This document shows, piece by piece, positions 44,991 to 55,683 of a stretch of DNA of 64,000 nt; position 1 is the stretch's first letter, and each line of letters opens with the position of its first letter. Location of the stretch: the NCBI GenBank assembly GCA_028534125.1, contig CM052842.1, positions 1,178,001 through 1,242,000 on the forward strand, given 5' to 3'. A model generated the notes under the pieces. It was given only the letters and a program-made list of their open reading frames with translations. It ran no database searches and was not told the origin of the DNA. A program made the position numbers and the translations under genes. Source of the DNA: Lama glama (Eukaryota).

Positions 44991-45618
44991 CTACGACTGG
45001 CACGTCTCAAAAGACATATTAGCGACACTCACTTGTCTAAAGTAAGATTCAGAGGGGCAGAAAGCCTCTTACTGTGCTGTCCATGGTCCAGCGCAGCTCT
45101 AGGCCAATAGCGGGTACTCCATAAATATTCGATGGACAAACGAAGGCAGGACTGAAGGAACACCCCAGCATTCACAAGGTGGTTGTCGCTTACTCATGCC
45201 TAGCAAATATGGATTCCAGGCACGGGGTAGGGGGATGGCAGGTGTAAAGGCACAGCACGTCGACGTCGCCTGATGGGGCTGGAAGGTGAGGGACAAAGCT
45301 GAGAAACTGGTCGGGGCAGGTGGCGGAGGGCCTTGAATACCCAGACCAGGATTTGGGACTTGCCTTCGGGTGTGGGCGTGGTTGGAGGCAGCAGTCCATA
45401 GAGTTGCGCTACTGGTGGGGTTCTGCGTGCTTTCAGAAGGAGACCGGCCTCAAGTGGAAGCGGGGTGGGGTTGGAGAGCGGAGGGCCCAAGGCTGCGAGT
45501 CTGTGAACAGGGATCTGTGCTAGCATTCGCCGCGCGTTACTCCCTCCCTCTCTGCGTCTTTGTGCGTTTCGCTTCCTTTCGCAGTAAACGTTCTTCCGAG
45601 AAATTCCAAGGGGGTCTC

Positions 45619-45725
45619 AGCCAAGCAGAGGGGGAAGGGATCCTGCCCACGCCTGGGCAGGGAGAGGTGGAGGTGGGAGGGCGCACGGGGTAGCGGCCCA
45701 GGGAGTGGGAACCCGAGAGGGCGGG
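45619..45725 (+). repeat. Left arm of a perfect 107-bp inverted repeat
   Basis: Exact reverse complement of 46833..46939. Confidence 0.95.
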
Positions 45726-45843
45726 CGCGCGCGGGCGAGCGGGACGCCGGCTAGCAAGGGGGCGCAGGACCGCCCGGGACGGTGACCCGGCGCGGGCCCC
45801 AGGCCCCGGGCGCCCCCGCCCGCGCGTCTCCCGCCGCCCCCGC

Positions 45844-45975
45844 NNNNNNNNNNNNNNNNNNNNNNNNNNNNNNNNNNNNNNNNNNNNNNNNNNNNNNNNN
45901 NNNNNNNNNNNNNNNNNNNNNNNNNNNNNNNNNNNNNNNNNNNNNNNNNNNNNNNNNNNNNNNNNNNNNNNNNNN
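45844..45975. other. N run (132 nt) in the LY6H CpG island
   Basis: Directly visible. Confidence 0.95.
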
Positions 45976-46536
45976 GCCGCCCGCGCCACCCGGAGCCGCG
46001 GAGTCCCGACACCCCAGGGATGTGAGTGCGCCCCCCGACCCGTGGCCCGCGCTCCATGCCCGGGTTCCGCGGTGAGCGCTGTAGCGCGCGCGGGGAGGGG
46101 GCCTGGCGCGGGGTTCCCGGCTCCCCGGCCCAGGGGTGGGGGGTGGGGACGTGGCATGCTCCCCTCCCCCACCGGCAGGTACCGTCCACTCGCACCTTGT
46201 GCTGCCTTTTGCTCTCCGGACGCACCTACCGCTCCCCAAGGAGAAGACGCGCTTCCCGACCCCCCCCCCCATCCCACAGGTGCTGGGCGTGCGGTGGGGG
46301 CATTTCGGGCTGTCACCCCGCTGGAGAGGACAGACCTATTCTCCCTGGAAGGGATGCAGTGATGGTGGACGCTCTGGGGGATGGGCTGGGGGCGGGGCTT
46401 TGGGAGCTTTGGGAGCTTTGGGACGACCCCCGGCCTTGGATTCCAAGGAGGAGGTTGCGTTAGGATGCCAGAAAAGGGGAGGGTCCTTCGAGCTTGGCAG
46501 GGGCTGGATCTCTTGACCGAGGCTTCTCCTTGCCAG

Positions 46537-46664
46537 GCCTGCGCTGCAGACGACCCCCGCCCGCAGCCCCAGCGCATTCCCAAGGCCCGCCTGGAGCATG
46601 TTGCCTGCAGCCATGAAGGGCCTCGGCCTGGTGCTGCTGGCCATCCTGCTGTGCTCTGCGCCCG
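46537..46664 (+). CDS. LY6H: LY6H signal-peptide exon (ATG 46598; fully coding in the long isoform)
   Basis: Acceptor cttctccttgccAG at 46535-46536; donor G|GTGAGT at 46665. Confidence 0.9.
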
Positions 46665-48156
46665 GTGAGTCTGGGGGCGGACCGCGGGGATAGGCCAGGT
46701 CGCCTGAGATCCTGTGAGTGCGCGTCTGCTCTGGAGAGAGCGAGTGTGGGGCCACCCTGCTCCTAGAGGAAGGTGCCCATCAAGCCCACACCCCATCCCT
46801 GCGACCCTAGCCCGTTTCCCTCCGGCTTTGCACCCGCCCTCTCGGGTTCCCACTCCCTGGGCCGCTACCCCGTGCGCCCTCCCACCTCCACCTCTCCCTG
46901 CCCAGGCGTGGGCAGGATCCCTTCCCCCTCTGCTTGGCTCCTCCGGTGTTGCCCCAGAGCTAGTCTGGTCTGTCCTGGCTCCTGGGGGCACTGGGTGCTT
47001 TTCCTCTGGGCCTTGGTCCAGCAGCTCGTCCTGCACGGGTGCCCCTGGCTTAGTTGCGAGGGTTCTTGTGCTCATCTCTTCTCAGCACCGCCTGGCCTCC
47101 CATCAGGACCTGTTTGGTCCTTCCTAGCTTGGAGCCAACTGGATTCGGGGTGTGTGTGCGCAACTGCTATTAGGGCACTATAGGTGTGATACGTGTGGCT
47201 ACGTGTGCACACACTATGCACGTGTGTGGGGCCAGGGAAGGGGACTGGGGCCTCCAGAGTCCCAGTGGTGGGACCTTCGCCCTGAGGTGCCCAAGGCTCA
47301 CGGGTTCTCCCAGCCCTGCTCCACAACTTCCCGGTGCCAGTTCGGCCTGGTCACTCCCGGTCAGGGGTGCCCGGCCTCCTAGGGCTGCATGCTTCTCCTA
47401 GGCCTGCCTGCAGCAGGCAAGTGAAGGGGTTGCGGGGGGCTGACTGGCCTGGCCCCAGTTCTTCAGGCCATCCTCCTCCCTGTGCCCTGCCCAGCTCACG
47501 GTCTGTGGTGCCAGGACTGCACACTGACCACCAACTCCAGTCACTGCACCCCGAAGCAGTGCCAGCCGTCGGACACGGTGTGTGCCAGTGTCCGGATCAC
47601 AGACCCCAGCAGCAGTAAGTCAGGCCCCACGCTGGGGTGGGGGGGGCGGCGGTATCCCTGGAGCCCCTCTGCCCTCAGGCAAGAGCATGGGTTGCGGCAG
47701 GACGCTGCCCTGTTGTGTGATAGCGAGCAGGTGCCTGTCCCTTTCTGGCACCTCTGTGGCCCTTTCCATGTAGCTGGGGACAGCGTGGGTGGGTTGAAGC
47801 CTGGGTTCTGCTGTTTTGGGGTCCTGAGCTGACCTGGAGGGGCCCTAGGCTGGGTCCTGGGCACAAGGCAGAGAGATCCGGGTGGGATTCTAGTCCCAGG
47901 CTCCCCTCCCTCTTCCCCAGGCAGGAAGGATCATTCCGTGAACAAGATGTGTGCCTCGTCCTGCGATTTTGTGAAGCGGCACTTTTTCTCAGACTACCTG
48001 ATGGGCTTCATTAACTCTGGGATCTTGAAAGTAGACGTGGACTGCTGTGAGAAGGATTTGTGCAACGGTGTGGCCCGGGCGGGGCGCAGCCCCTGGGCCC
48101 TGGCCGGGGGGCTCCTGCTCAGCCTGGGGCCCGCCCTCCTCTGGGCTGGGCCCTGA
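46598..48156 (+). CDS. LY6H: LY6H; CDS join(46598..46664, 47495..47614, 47921..48156), 423 nt, 140 aa
   Basis: MLPAAMKGLGLVLLAILLCSAP/AHGLWCQDCTLTTNSSHCTPKQCQPSDTVCASVRITDPSS/SRKDHSVNKMCASSCDFVKRHFFSDYLMGFINSGILKVDVDCCEKDLCNG...WAGP*, near-identical to recalled LY6H. GT-AG phase-1 introns. Confidence 0.97.
46833..46939 (-). repeat. Right arm of the 107-bp inverted repeat, in an LY6H intron
   Basis: Exact reverse complement of 45619..45725. Confidence 0.95.
47495..47614 (+). CDS. LY6H: LY6H LU-domain exon
   Basis: Acceptor ccctgcccAG; donor A|GTAAGT. Confidence 0.95.
47921..48156 (+). CDS. LY6H: LY6H last coding exon
   Basis: Acceptor tcttccccAG; CCEKDLCN motif; GPI signal; TGA. Confidence 0.95.
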
Positions 48157-48476
48157 GGTCCCCTCTCTCCCGCAGGGCTTCTGAGCTTGTCCCCATCCCC
48201 CGAGCCTGTGGCTGCCCCCTCCCCAGCCTGGCCTGGCTGGCAGGGGGGCAGCCTTGGCTCTGCTCCACAGTCTGTGGCCCTCGCCCTTCCCCAGACGTGA
48301 CTTCCTTGTCTCTCCAACAGCTCCAAATCTCAGCCAGCAGGACATCTCCAGGAATCAGGCGTCCAGCAGGAGACTGGGGGTGACGGCAGGGTGCTGGGAC
48401 CCTAGGTCTGTGAGTGCAGTCAGGCTGAGCCAGGCCCAGCCCGATAGCCTGGCTGTGAGGGCCTCCTCTATGGAGA

Positions 48477-48482
48477 AATAAA
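48477..48482 (+). terminator. LY6H polyadenylation signal AATAAA
   Basis: AATAAA about 320 nt past the stop codon. Confidence 0.8.
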
Positions 48483-50559
48483 GTCACTTTTGAGTCCAGA
48501 GACCTGGGTCTGAGCCTGGGTGGGGGTGCTGGGGGGCTTCCTGGCAGAGAAAGCACAAGTGGCAGGGCGGGCAGGCACTGGTACTCTGCAGGCTGTGTGT
48601 GCGCTGGGCTGCTGGGGACATGGACCTGGTAAGGTTTGGGAACAGCCTGAGGGGCAGTGGGAGTTGAGGTGAACAGGATCACAGGGTGCGCCCGAGGGCG
48701 AGGCCTTGCAGCCCTGTGTGCAAACGTTAGGGACATGGGACGAGCAGACTCACACCCAGGTCCACAGAGGGCACACTCCCCACCCACGACACGCTCACGC
48801 CCACAGGCGCCCCCGTGTGCACAAACTAACACGTTCACGTCACACCAGCTCCTGAACCAGCGCGCCCAGTGCAGGCACGTCCACGCCCCCCGTGCATGCG
48901 CGCACACGGGAACAAAACATGCCCCGTGTGTAGGTCTCTCCGCCCCTGAGTGTCAGCTCCCCTGAGAGCTCTCCGGGCCGCTTTTGGCTCACCTGCAGAC
49001 CTTGCGTGCCCTCCCTTGGCCTGGGAACCAGACATCCCCCCACCCCGCCCTGAGTTGGGTGCCATGGGCAGGGTCTCAAAGGCAGTCCCCTGACCAGGAT
49101 TGAGGAAGCCCACGCCCCTGTGTGGGATGGCACAAATGGCCTGGGCACTTACGGTGGGAGGGAGCAGAGGAGGGCCAGTGGAGGTTAACCTGAGGGTGTT
49201 GCTTCTCCGGCTCTTCCTGCTCCAGCAGTGGGTCTGCGGTTCATCCCTGCACCCCGAGTCCAGCCCAGACTCCACACCATCTGGCCAGGTGGCTTGTCCT
49301 GTTTCCCAGGCTCACCACGTGATACCCAGTGATCACTCCAGGCTTTCTCTGGGATCTGGTCTTTGGCTATTTCCTCTTCATTCCTCTGTGGCTGGCCCGG
49401 CCTGTGGTCACTCCTTGGTCCCCGACTCCTTGGAAAGAGTGATAGTTCCTCTACGAGCTGGCCTTGGCATCCGTCCACCTGGCTTCTCTGCGTGAGGGAT
49501 GGAGAGGGGTCTGGGGGTCCCGGGTGAGTGAACCAGAGAGAAGAGTGGGGTTGCTGGAGACTGGTGTCAATTTCCTGCTGGTGGAAACGGCCGAGGGACC
49601 TGTCAGAGGGGCACCTCCTGCTGCGTTTTAAGTTTGCTCTGCTGCTCTGCGATGTACCCACCCCCCCAAGCCTCAGTAAAGCGCTCTACCCATCGAGTGT
49701 GTCTGCTGCTTTCGAGAGCGTGGGGAGGGGGTGGTGCTGACGGGTGGCGTAGAAGGCGGCAGCTGGCTCAGGGGAGACTTGGAGAGAACCTGGGGATTCG
49801 GAGGAGGCTGGGAGCTGAAGCCGTGGGAGATGTGGAGCACTGGAAGCCCTGGTGGTGCTGGGAGGACGTGGACCTGCCACCCCACAGGCTTGGGGTTCAC
49901 ACCAACCTTTACGTCCATCTTTGCTGAATTGATTATTTAAGGGAAGTGCTTAAAACGTAAAAAGGAGTGAAGTTCTTCCAGCTATTTAAGAAAGACACGA
50001 CTAGCAGTGGACGGGGGCTTCCAGGGAGGGCAGCGTGGCCCTGATAACCCGGCCTCGACACCTCAGCTGTGGACCTGAGTGTGTGCCCCACCTCCAAAAC
50101 CCTCTGAGGAGTCCTCGCCTTTGCGAGCTGTGGCAGAAGGGTCGAAGCCCGCCCTCTGTGTGAAGGGCTCGGCCCCTGGGCACGTGCGTGGCACTGGAAA
50201 GCCATGGTGCCACGGATTCCTTCTCTGAACCGCTCAGCAAGGGCGCCTTCCTGGGCCAGCACGTCTGGACAGACCTTTCGCTCAGTGTCTGCTGAGTGCC
50301 CCCTGGACCGACGAGCTGGGGCTCAGCCAGCCACCCTTGTTGGTGGGCATGGGGGTCCACTCAGGCGTTTTCGTCTGCAGCGCTGCCATTACCGTCCTGG
50401 TCCTCATGTCCTCGTGGGACTGGGGAGTTACTTCTGTCGGGTCGATTCTGGGATGGGGGAGCTGAGCCAGGGAGGACATCTACTTGAAAATGAAACATGT
50501 GCCTCAGAAAAGGTCGAGTTGCAGTCACACCACCTCCTTCCGCGTCAGTCACTGTGGGT

Positions 50560-51700
50560 CTTGTCCAGCTTTAAGGACTTTTTCCAGTCTGGTGAGTAGA
50601 ATCTTACTCTGATTGCCGCTTAAGAAGTTATTGGTGAGGTTGAACGTCCTATGTGCTTCCCAGCCACTTCTGTTTCTTCTCTGATTGCCTGATCTCATCC
50701 CTAGCCCATCCTTCCGCTGTGGCATTTGCTTTTGCTATGATCCATAAGCCCCTTTTGTGTGTTAAGGACGCGGTCTTTCCCAGGGTGTATGTTTTGCACA
50801 TATTTCCCAGCATCTTTGTTTTGGGTGTCTTTACTGTCCCTATGCATGTTCTCAAGTTCTGTGTGGTCAAATCTAATTGTCCTTTTATGGTTTCTGAGTT
50901 TCAGGTCTTAGGAGAATGTCCTCTACCCTTATTTGAGGAAAAGAGTCCCCGTGTTTTCTTCTAACGTTGTCACAGATTGCCTGCCACATTCAGACATCCA
51001 GTCACCTGGGGTTTCTTTACGACGTGGCAGGAGGCAGACTTCTTCCACACCCGTGGGCAGTGTTTCTCAATGCTGTTTGTTAGACAAGCCATCTTTCTCT
51101 AGTGACTTGAGCTCCACTTGGTAACAGTATGAATTCGTGTGTGTGTGTGTGAGTGCGCGCACGCACGTGCCCACATGCATGTGCGCTTTGGGCCTGCCAC
51201 CACTGCGAGCGCCTCTGTTTGGGCCCCACCAAGCTGCTTGATTCCAGCAGACAGATACAGCAACTGGCGAGGCACGTGTCTGCCTGGCTCTTCATTTTAA
51301 AAGATTCTGGAGGCTTCTCACAGTTTGTTCTTACAGATAAACTTTAGAACCCATGTGTCCAGTTCCAACACAGCAGTCTTCAGGGTTTTGACTGGAATGT
51401 CGCTCGCTTGGGTATGAAGTTGGAGAGGAAGATGGCTTCACTGTTGGGCTTCTTCCCGCCCAGAGACGCAGTGTGTCTCACCGTGTGTTTAGTCCCTCTG
51501 CACAAGTTCATCATTTTCCTTGTGCGGGTCTTGTATCCACCTTGGTAGATTTATTGCCAGGTAATTTACGGTTCCGTGGTGTCGTAAGTAGGACTGGATC
51601 TCCCTTCCCCCCACGTCCTTTAAGCAGGTCATTTGTGGTGTGGCGAACTGACGTTTTTCATTTTCTTCATGACATTCTTTCCAGAAGTACCTGTCCCCAT
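50560..51700 (-). mobile_element. Degenerate L1 ORF2-derived segment
   Basis: T-rich antisense L1-like phrases (gtggtcaaatcta; ttttgactggaatgt; tagatttattgccaggta). Confidence 0.5.
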
Positions 51701-54700
51701 GGGTTCCCATTTCAGCAGGGTGATCAGGGAAGGGGTTGAGGGAGCCACAGGGACCCTTCGATGGCTGACATCTGTGTGTCCAAAATCTTCAACCCACCGT
51801 GCCACGGGCCTATCTGAGACAAGCTTAGAGACAGAGAAGGCACGTCTGCTGGGAAGACCCTTAGAACACTTCCAGACACAGAGTGGGGGGGGGCCTCCCA
51901 AAAGTAAACAAGAGGTGCCCCTGGGTGGAGGGGGTGGAGGGCGGTGTGGGTCCCAGAGAGACTCCTAGGGGGTGAGGCCTCAGAGTGGGATGGACGAGGG
52001 TGGCGGCAGGTGGGCCACAGATGGCCTTGGGCCCGTCAGCTGGGCACAGGCTGGGGGCAACGCCTGCAGGCAAGGTGTGGGCGACTCGGGGCGGCCAGTG
52101 TGTCTTGGTGGGTGCTTGAGGACCAAAGGGGCATTGCAGGAAATGTGCCCGCTGCTATCGATGGGATGCAGCCCTGGGAAAGAAGACGTGGCCAAGACAA
52201 TCAGGCTTCCACCATCCAGTAGAATGGGTCTCAAGAGACAGAGAAAGGTTAGTTATGCCCCCGGTGACCTGAAGTTGGGACTGTGCTCACACAGTCGACC
52301 CCTGAGCCCGAGTTGGCAGAGCATCTCAGAAGGGACTCCACTGGGAGGACGCGAGGAGCCACTCCGGGTGGCGGGGCTGGCGGGCTGGCCCTCGGCCCTC
52401 CAGCCTCTCTGGGGTGTTGCCTGCTGCATCTCCCCGGCAGAACCGAGGTCATGCGGCGACACCCTCGGGGCTGGGAAGCTGCAGAATATAGCTTCTGAGA
52501 CCTAGAAAAGTGGGGTTCACAGCACAGGGACTATCAGCAATGTGTACAGGGTGCTGGGCGATCCGGAGCAGCCACATAGCACACTGCGGGAAAGCCGCTT
52601 CCTTCCCACTGTGCGTCTGCCTAGTTCCCCTGTTAGCAGAGGCTCCTCAATGTTCAAGGCGCACCGCGGCTACGAATGAAGATGGTTTTGACTGTGCTTT
52701 CCCAGCGTTTCTATTGCTTATTTAACTGCAGCATCCGTTGCGTTAGCCAGGACTTGCAAAGCATCGTTGAATGGTGATAGCGATCCAGGGCCTCTGTGTC
52801 AGTGGAAGGTCTTTCCTGTCGCACCTGGAACTGATGTTTGCTCTTGGATTTGGAAATCAGTCTTTATTCAGCCTTGCTTCTTTGTTTATTCATATTTCAG
52901 TTAGATTTTTTTCACTAGGAATTGCTGATAAACTTAAGGGAGAGCCCCTTTCACGGCCTGTTGATGTAACCACATGGTCCCTCATTTAATTAGCTAATAC
53001 AGGGAGTTCTCTTGCTCCGTGTCTTGATGGTGTTTGGGACACAACCAGACTGCAGTGGATCAGGGGTGCTACGCTTTTAAACCCCGGCCAGATTCAAGTC
53101 TCCCAGATTTGGGTAGGACATTTATGTCATGCAACGGTTGCATCAGATTCCTGATTGAGGTTTGTCTCTAGCTTGCTTTTGGGTGTCTTTGTTGGAGGTG
53201 AGCTCAGATTTTGGCAGCTTCGCAGAACAGATGGGCGATTTCCCACCACCCACGCTCTGGAGCGGTCTGCTCCCGGGGTCCGTGGAGTTCACCTTCTCCA
53301 GTGCCCCCTCGGGGTGGGGCGGGGGCTGCAGGGTGGGCCGCGCTCTGTGCCCTCTCCCTCCCTCCCTGCCCTGTGGGCGCTGTGCCTGCCCTTCTCAGAG
53401 CGTCTGTCTGTCTCGTCCCCGCTTGCACCTGGGAGTGGCTCAATTCTACATCCTGTTATGTCCACTTGACACCTAAGAAACAGACTTAGAGGAGGTAAGA
53501 CACTGATATACCAGACTCTTCACTGGGTCTGCAGAAAATGCCCGCATTCAAGTGTCTCTTCTGCCACTTGCTTGCTGGGTGATTTTGGCTAAGTTCTGTT
53601 TCCTCTCTGAGCCAGATTTCTGTATCTGTGAGGTGGGGACACACCCAGCTTACAGGGCTGAGCTAGAATCCAGGCCTCTGACCCCTTCTGTCTGGCTGGC
53701 AGAATGACCGTGGTGGACGTGTGGGGGTCTGAGAAGATGAACGCCCCTCAGCTCCCTCCGCGGGGTGTGAGGCTTCCCTGACCCCTCCCCTGTTCCATCC
53801 AAGCCCCTTTCGCACTTCAGGGCTCTTAGGCTAGGCCCTCCTGGCCTGTGCTCCCAGCCCCCGGAGGACGCCTTTGCCCTGTCTGATCCGGGCTGGATCT
53901 CTCTCCCACCCCTCCAGACCTCCACCCTAAGGTGGGGTGCAGGAAGCCACCCTCCTCCCTGTGAGCTCCCAGGGCCGTCGTTCAGGGCACCAGTTCTCTA
54001 ACCACCGCAGAATTCCTTCAGGTGAGGTTTCCGATGCAGAGGTCTGGGCCCTGTACCCAGAAATCCCAATTTAAAGTGCCTGGTGTTGCTCCAGGAATGT
54101 GCTCTGTCCACACCCCACAGTCAGCAGAGGAGGGAGGACGAGTTAAGGGTTTTATGTGTTACTTATTCATGGCACTACCTTTCGGGAGCCGAGGGCTAGG
54201 CTCTAGTCCCTGGGGGTAGAGAAGATAGAGCAGGAGGTGGGACAGGTGACGTGACCTGTCCTGTCCCCATGGAGGACGCTGGGGGTGACCAAATCCCCTT
54301 CTAAGGGGAGGGGGTGGTGAGGGGGCACCTGAGAGTGAGGCCCGGGGCTTCCTCAAAGCTAATGGAACAGGGGAGAAGTGCGCCCCCACTCCCAGCCCTC
54401 CTGGGCGTCCCTTCGAGGTGTTTTTATGCAGATACAGGGTCTTGTTCTCCCTTCATTTTCACACACAACGTTCACCTCTGATGTGTGGCCCTGAAGAGCT
54501 GTGCAGGTGTCCCCACGACCCCCGGGAGGGACCCAGCTCTCAGCTCTGGTCCTCCGCCTCTGCTCACGCACACATGGAGGCTGCCTCTCATGTGCTCCTG
54601 TCCCAGCGCTGTGATGTGTCACCAGCAAGCACGTCTGGGGAACAAATCCCTGGACCTGGCCTTCTTGGGCCTTTGTCACTGCCACCGTCTTACCTGCCCG

Positions 54701-55664
54701 ACGGTGGGGCCAGGCCCACTCCCACCAGCAACGCGCCAGCCGCCGGAGGGTCTCTCCAACAGCTGGACCCCGCAATCGAGGGCAGTATTCATACTTTCAG
54801 AGAGCCTTCACTCATCCATCCTCCCTGTTGGTGGTTTACGCAAGTGTCCCTGAGACGTGCAAAGAGGAACAGTTACAATAAAGTGACCTGAGTGAGGAGA
54901 GGGAGGGGCCGTGCCTGGCAGAGCCGGACAGGAATCTTCCTCAATCCACCACTGGCCAAGACGCTTTTGAGAGCCCCCGCAGACTGGGCTGGGCTGAGCT
55001 GGCCACACCCTTCCCCACTGGCTCTTACAGAGTGACAACAAGCCTCTCGCCCTGGACTGGGGAGGGCTTGTTGAGTGGGCCTTCCTGCTGGCTTGCTAGG
55101 GGACAGGATGGGCAATGAGTGACCAAGTTCAAGCCCGAGGAGGCTGGATTTCTGAGCCCCAGCCTGTGGGCAGTGGAGAGGTGACCGTGTATCCAAGTCT
55201 TGGGTCCTCAGAAGGGCCGCTGGTTGTGACGTGGAGGGGGGCATGTGGACTGGAGGGTCAGGACCTGGGGCGCGCATCAGGCATGGTGGCACCGTCTAGG
55301 GCAGCGGGGTGCGGAGACACCGGGAGGGGACACTGGGCAGCTGGGCTGGAGGGAGTGGGGGCTGATCGAAGGCCTGGAGGTGCTCAGGATGCCTGGGCCT
55401 GGCCTGGGGGACGGTCACACAGGAGAGGGACACGGGAGGAGCAGGGGCAGGTGGAACTGATGACAAGCTCGAGGGAGATAGAGGTTGGGGCTGAGAGCCG
55501 GTGAGTGGGGGCGGCATCGTATTACTTGCTCTGCCAGGGGCTCTCCTGGGTGAAGTTCCGAATTCCTAGAATAAAGCCAAGCCTCCTCACCCCTGCCCCA
55601 GCTGTGCCCAAGTCCCCCTGATTTCACAGCAGCTCTTTCCCTTGGCACCAGTTGGGCTGACCAG

Positions 55665-55683
55665 GAGCCGCCAGAGGGCACTG
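55665..55683 (+). promoter_or_regulatory. CTCF-like motif
   Basis: GAGCCGCCAGAGGGCACTG fits the core CCRSYAGRKGGCRS. Confidence 0.55.

Larger units (their letters stand above)
45520..46720 (+). promoter_or_regulatory. LY6H CpG island and first exon ending AT|GTGAGT at 46021
   Basis: Dense CpG; consensus donor at 46022; the TSS probably lies in or near the N run 45844-45975. Confidence 0.75.

Noticed and set aside
46397-46423. (GCTTTGGGA)x3 in an LY6H intron
   Set aside because: Short slippage repeat with no evident function.
45537-47075. 512-aa minus-strand ORF
   Set aside because: GC-rich, bridged by N, antisense to LY6H, low-complexity, with no recognisable domain.
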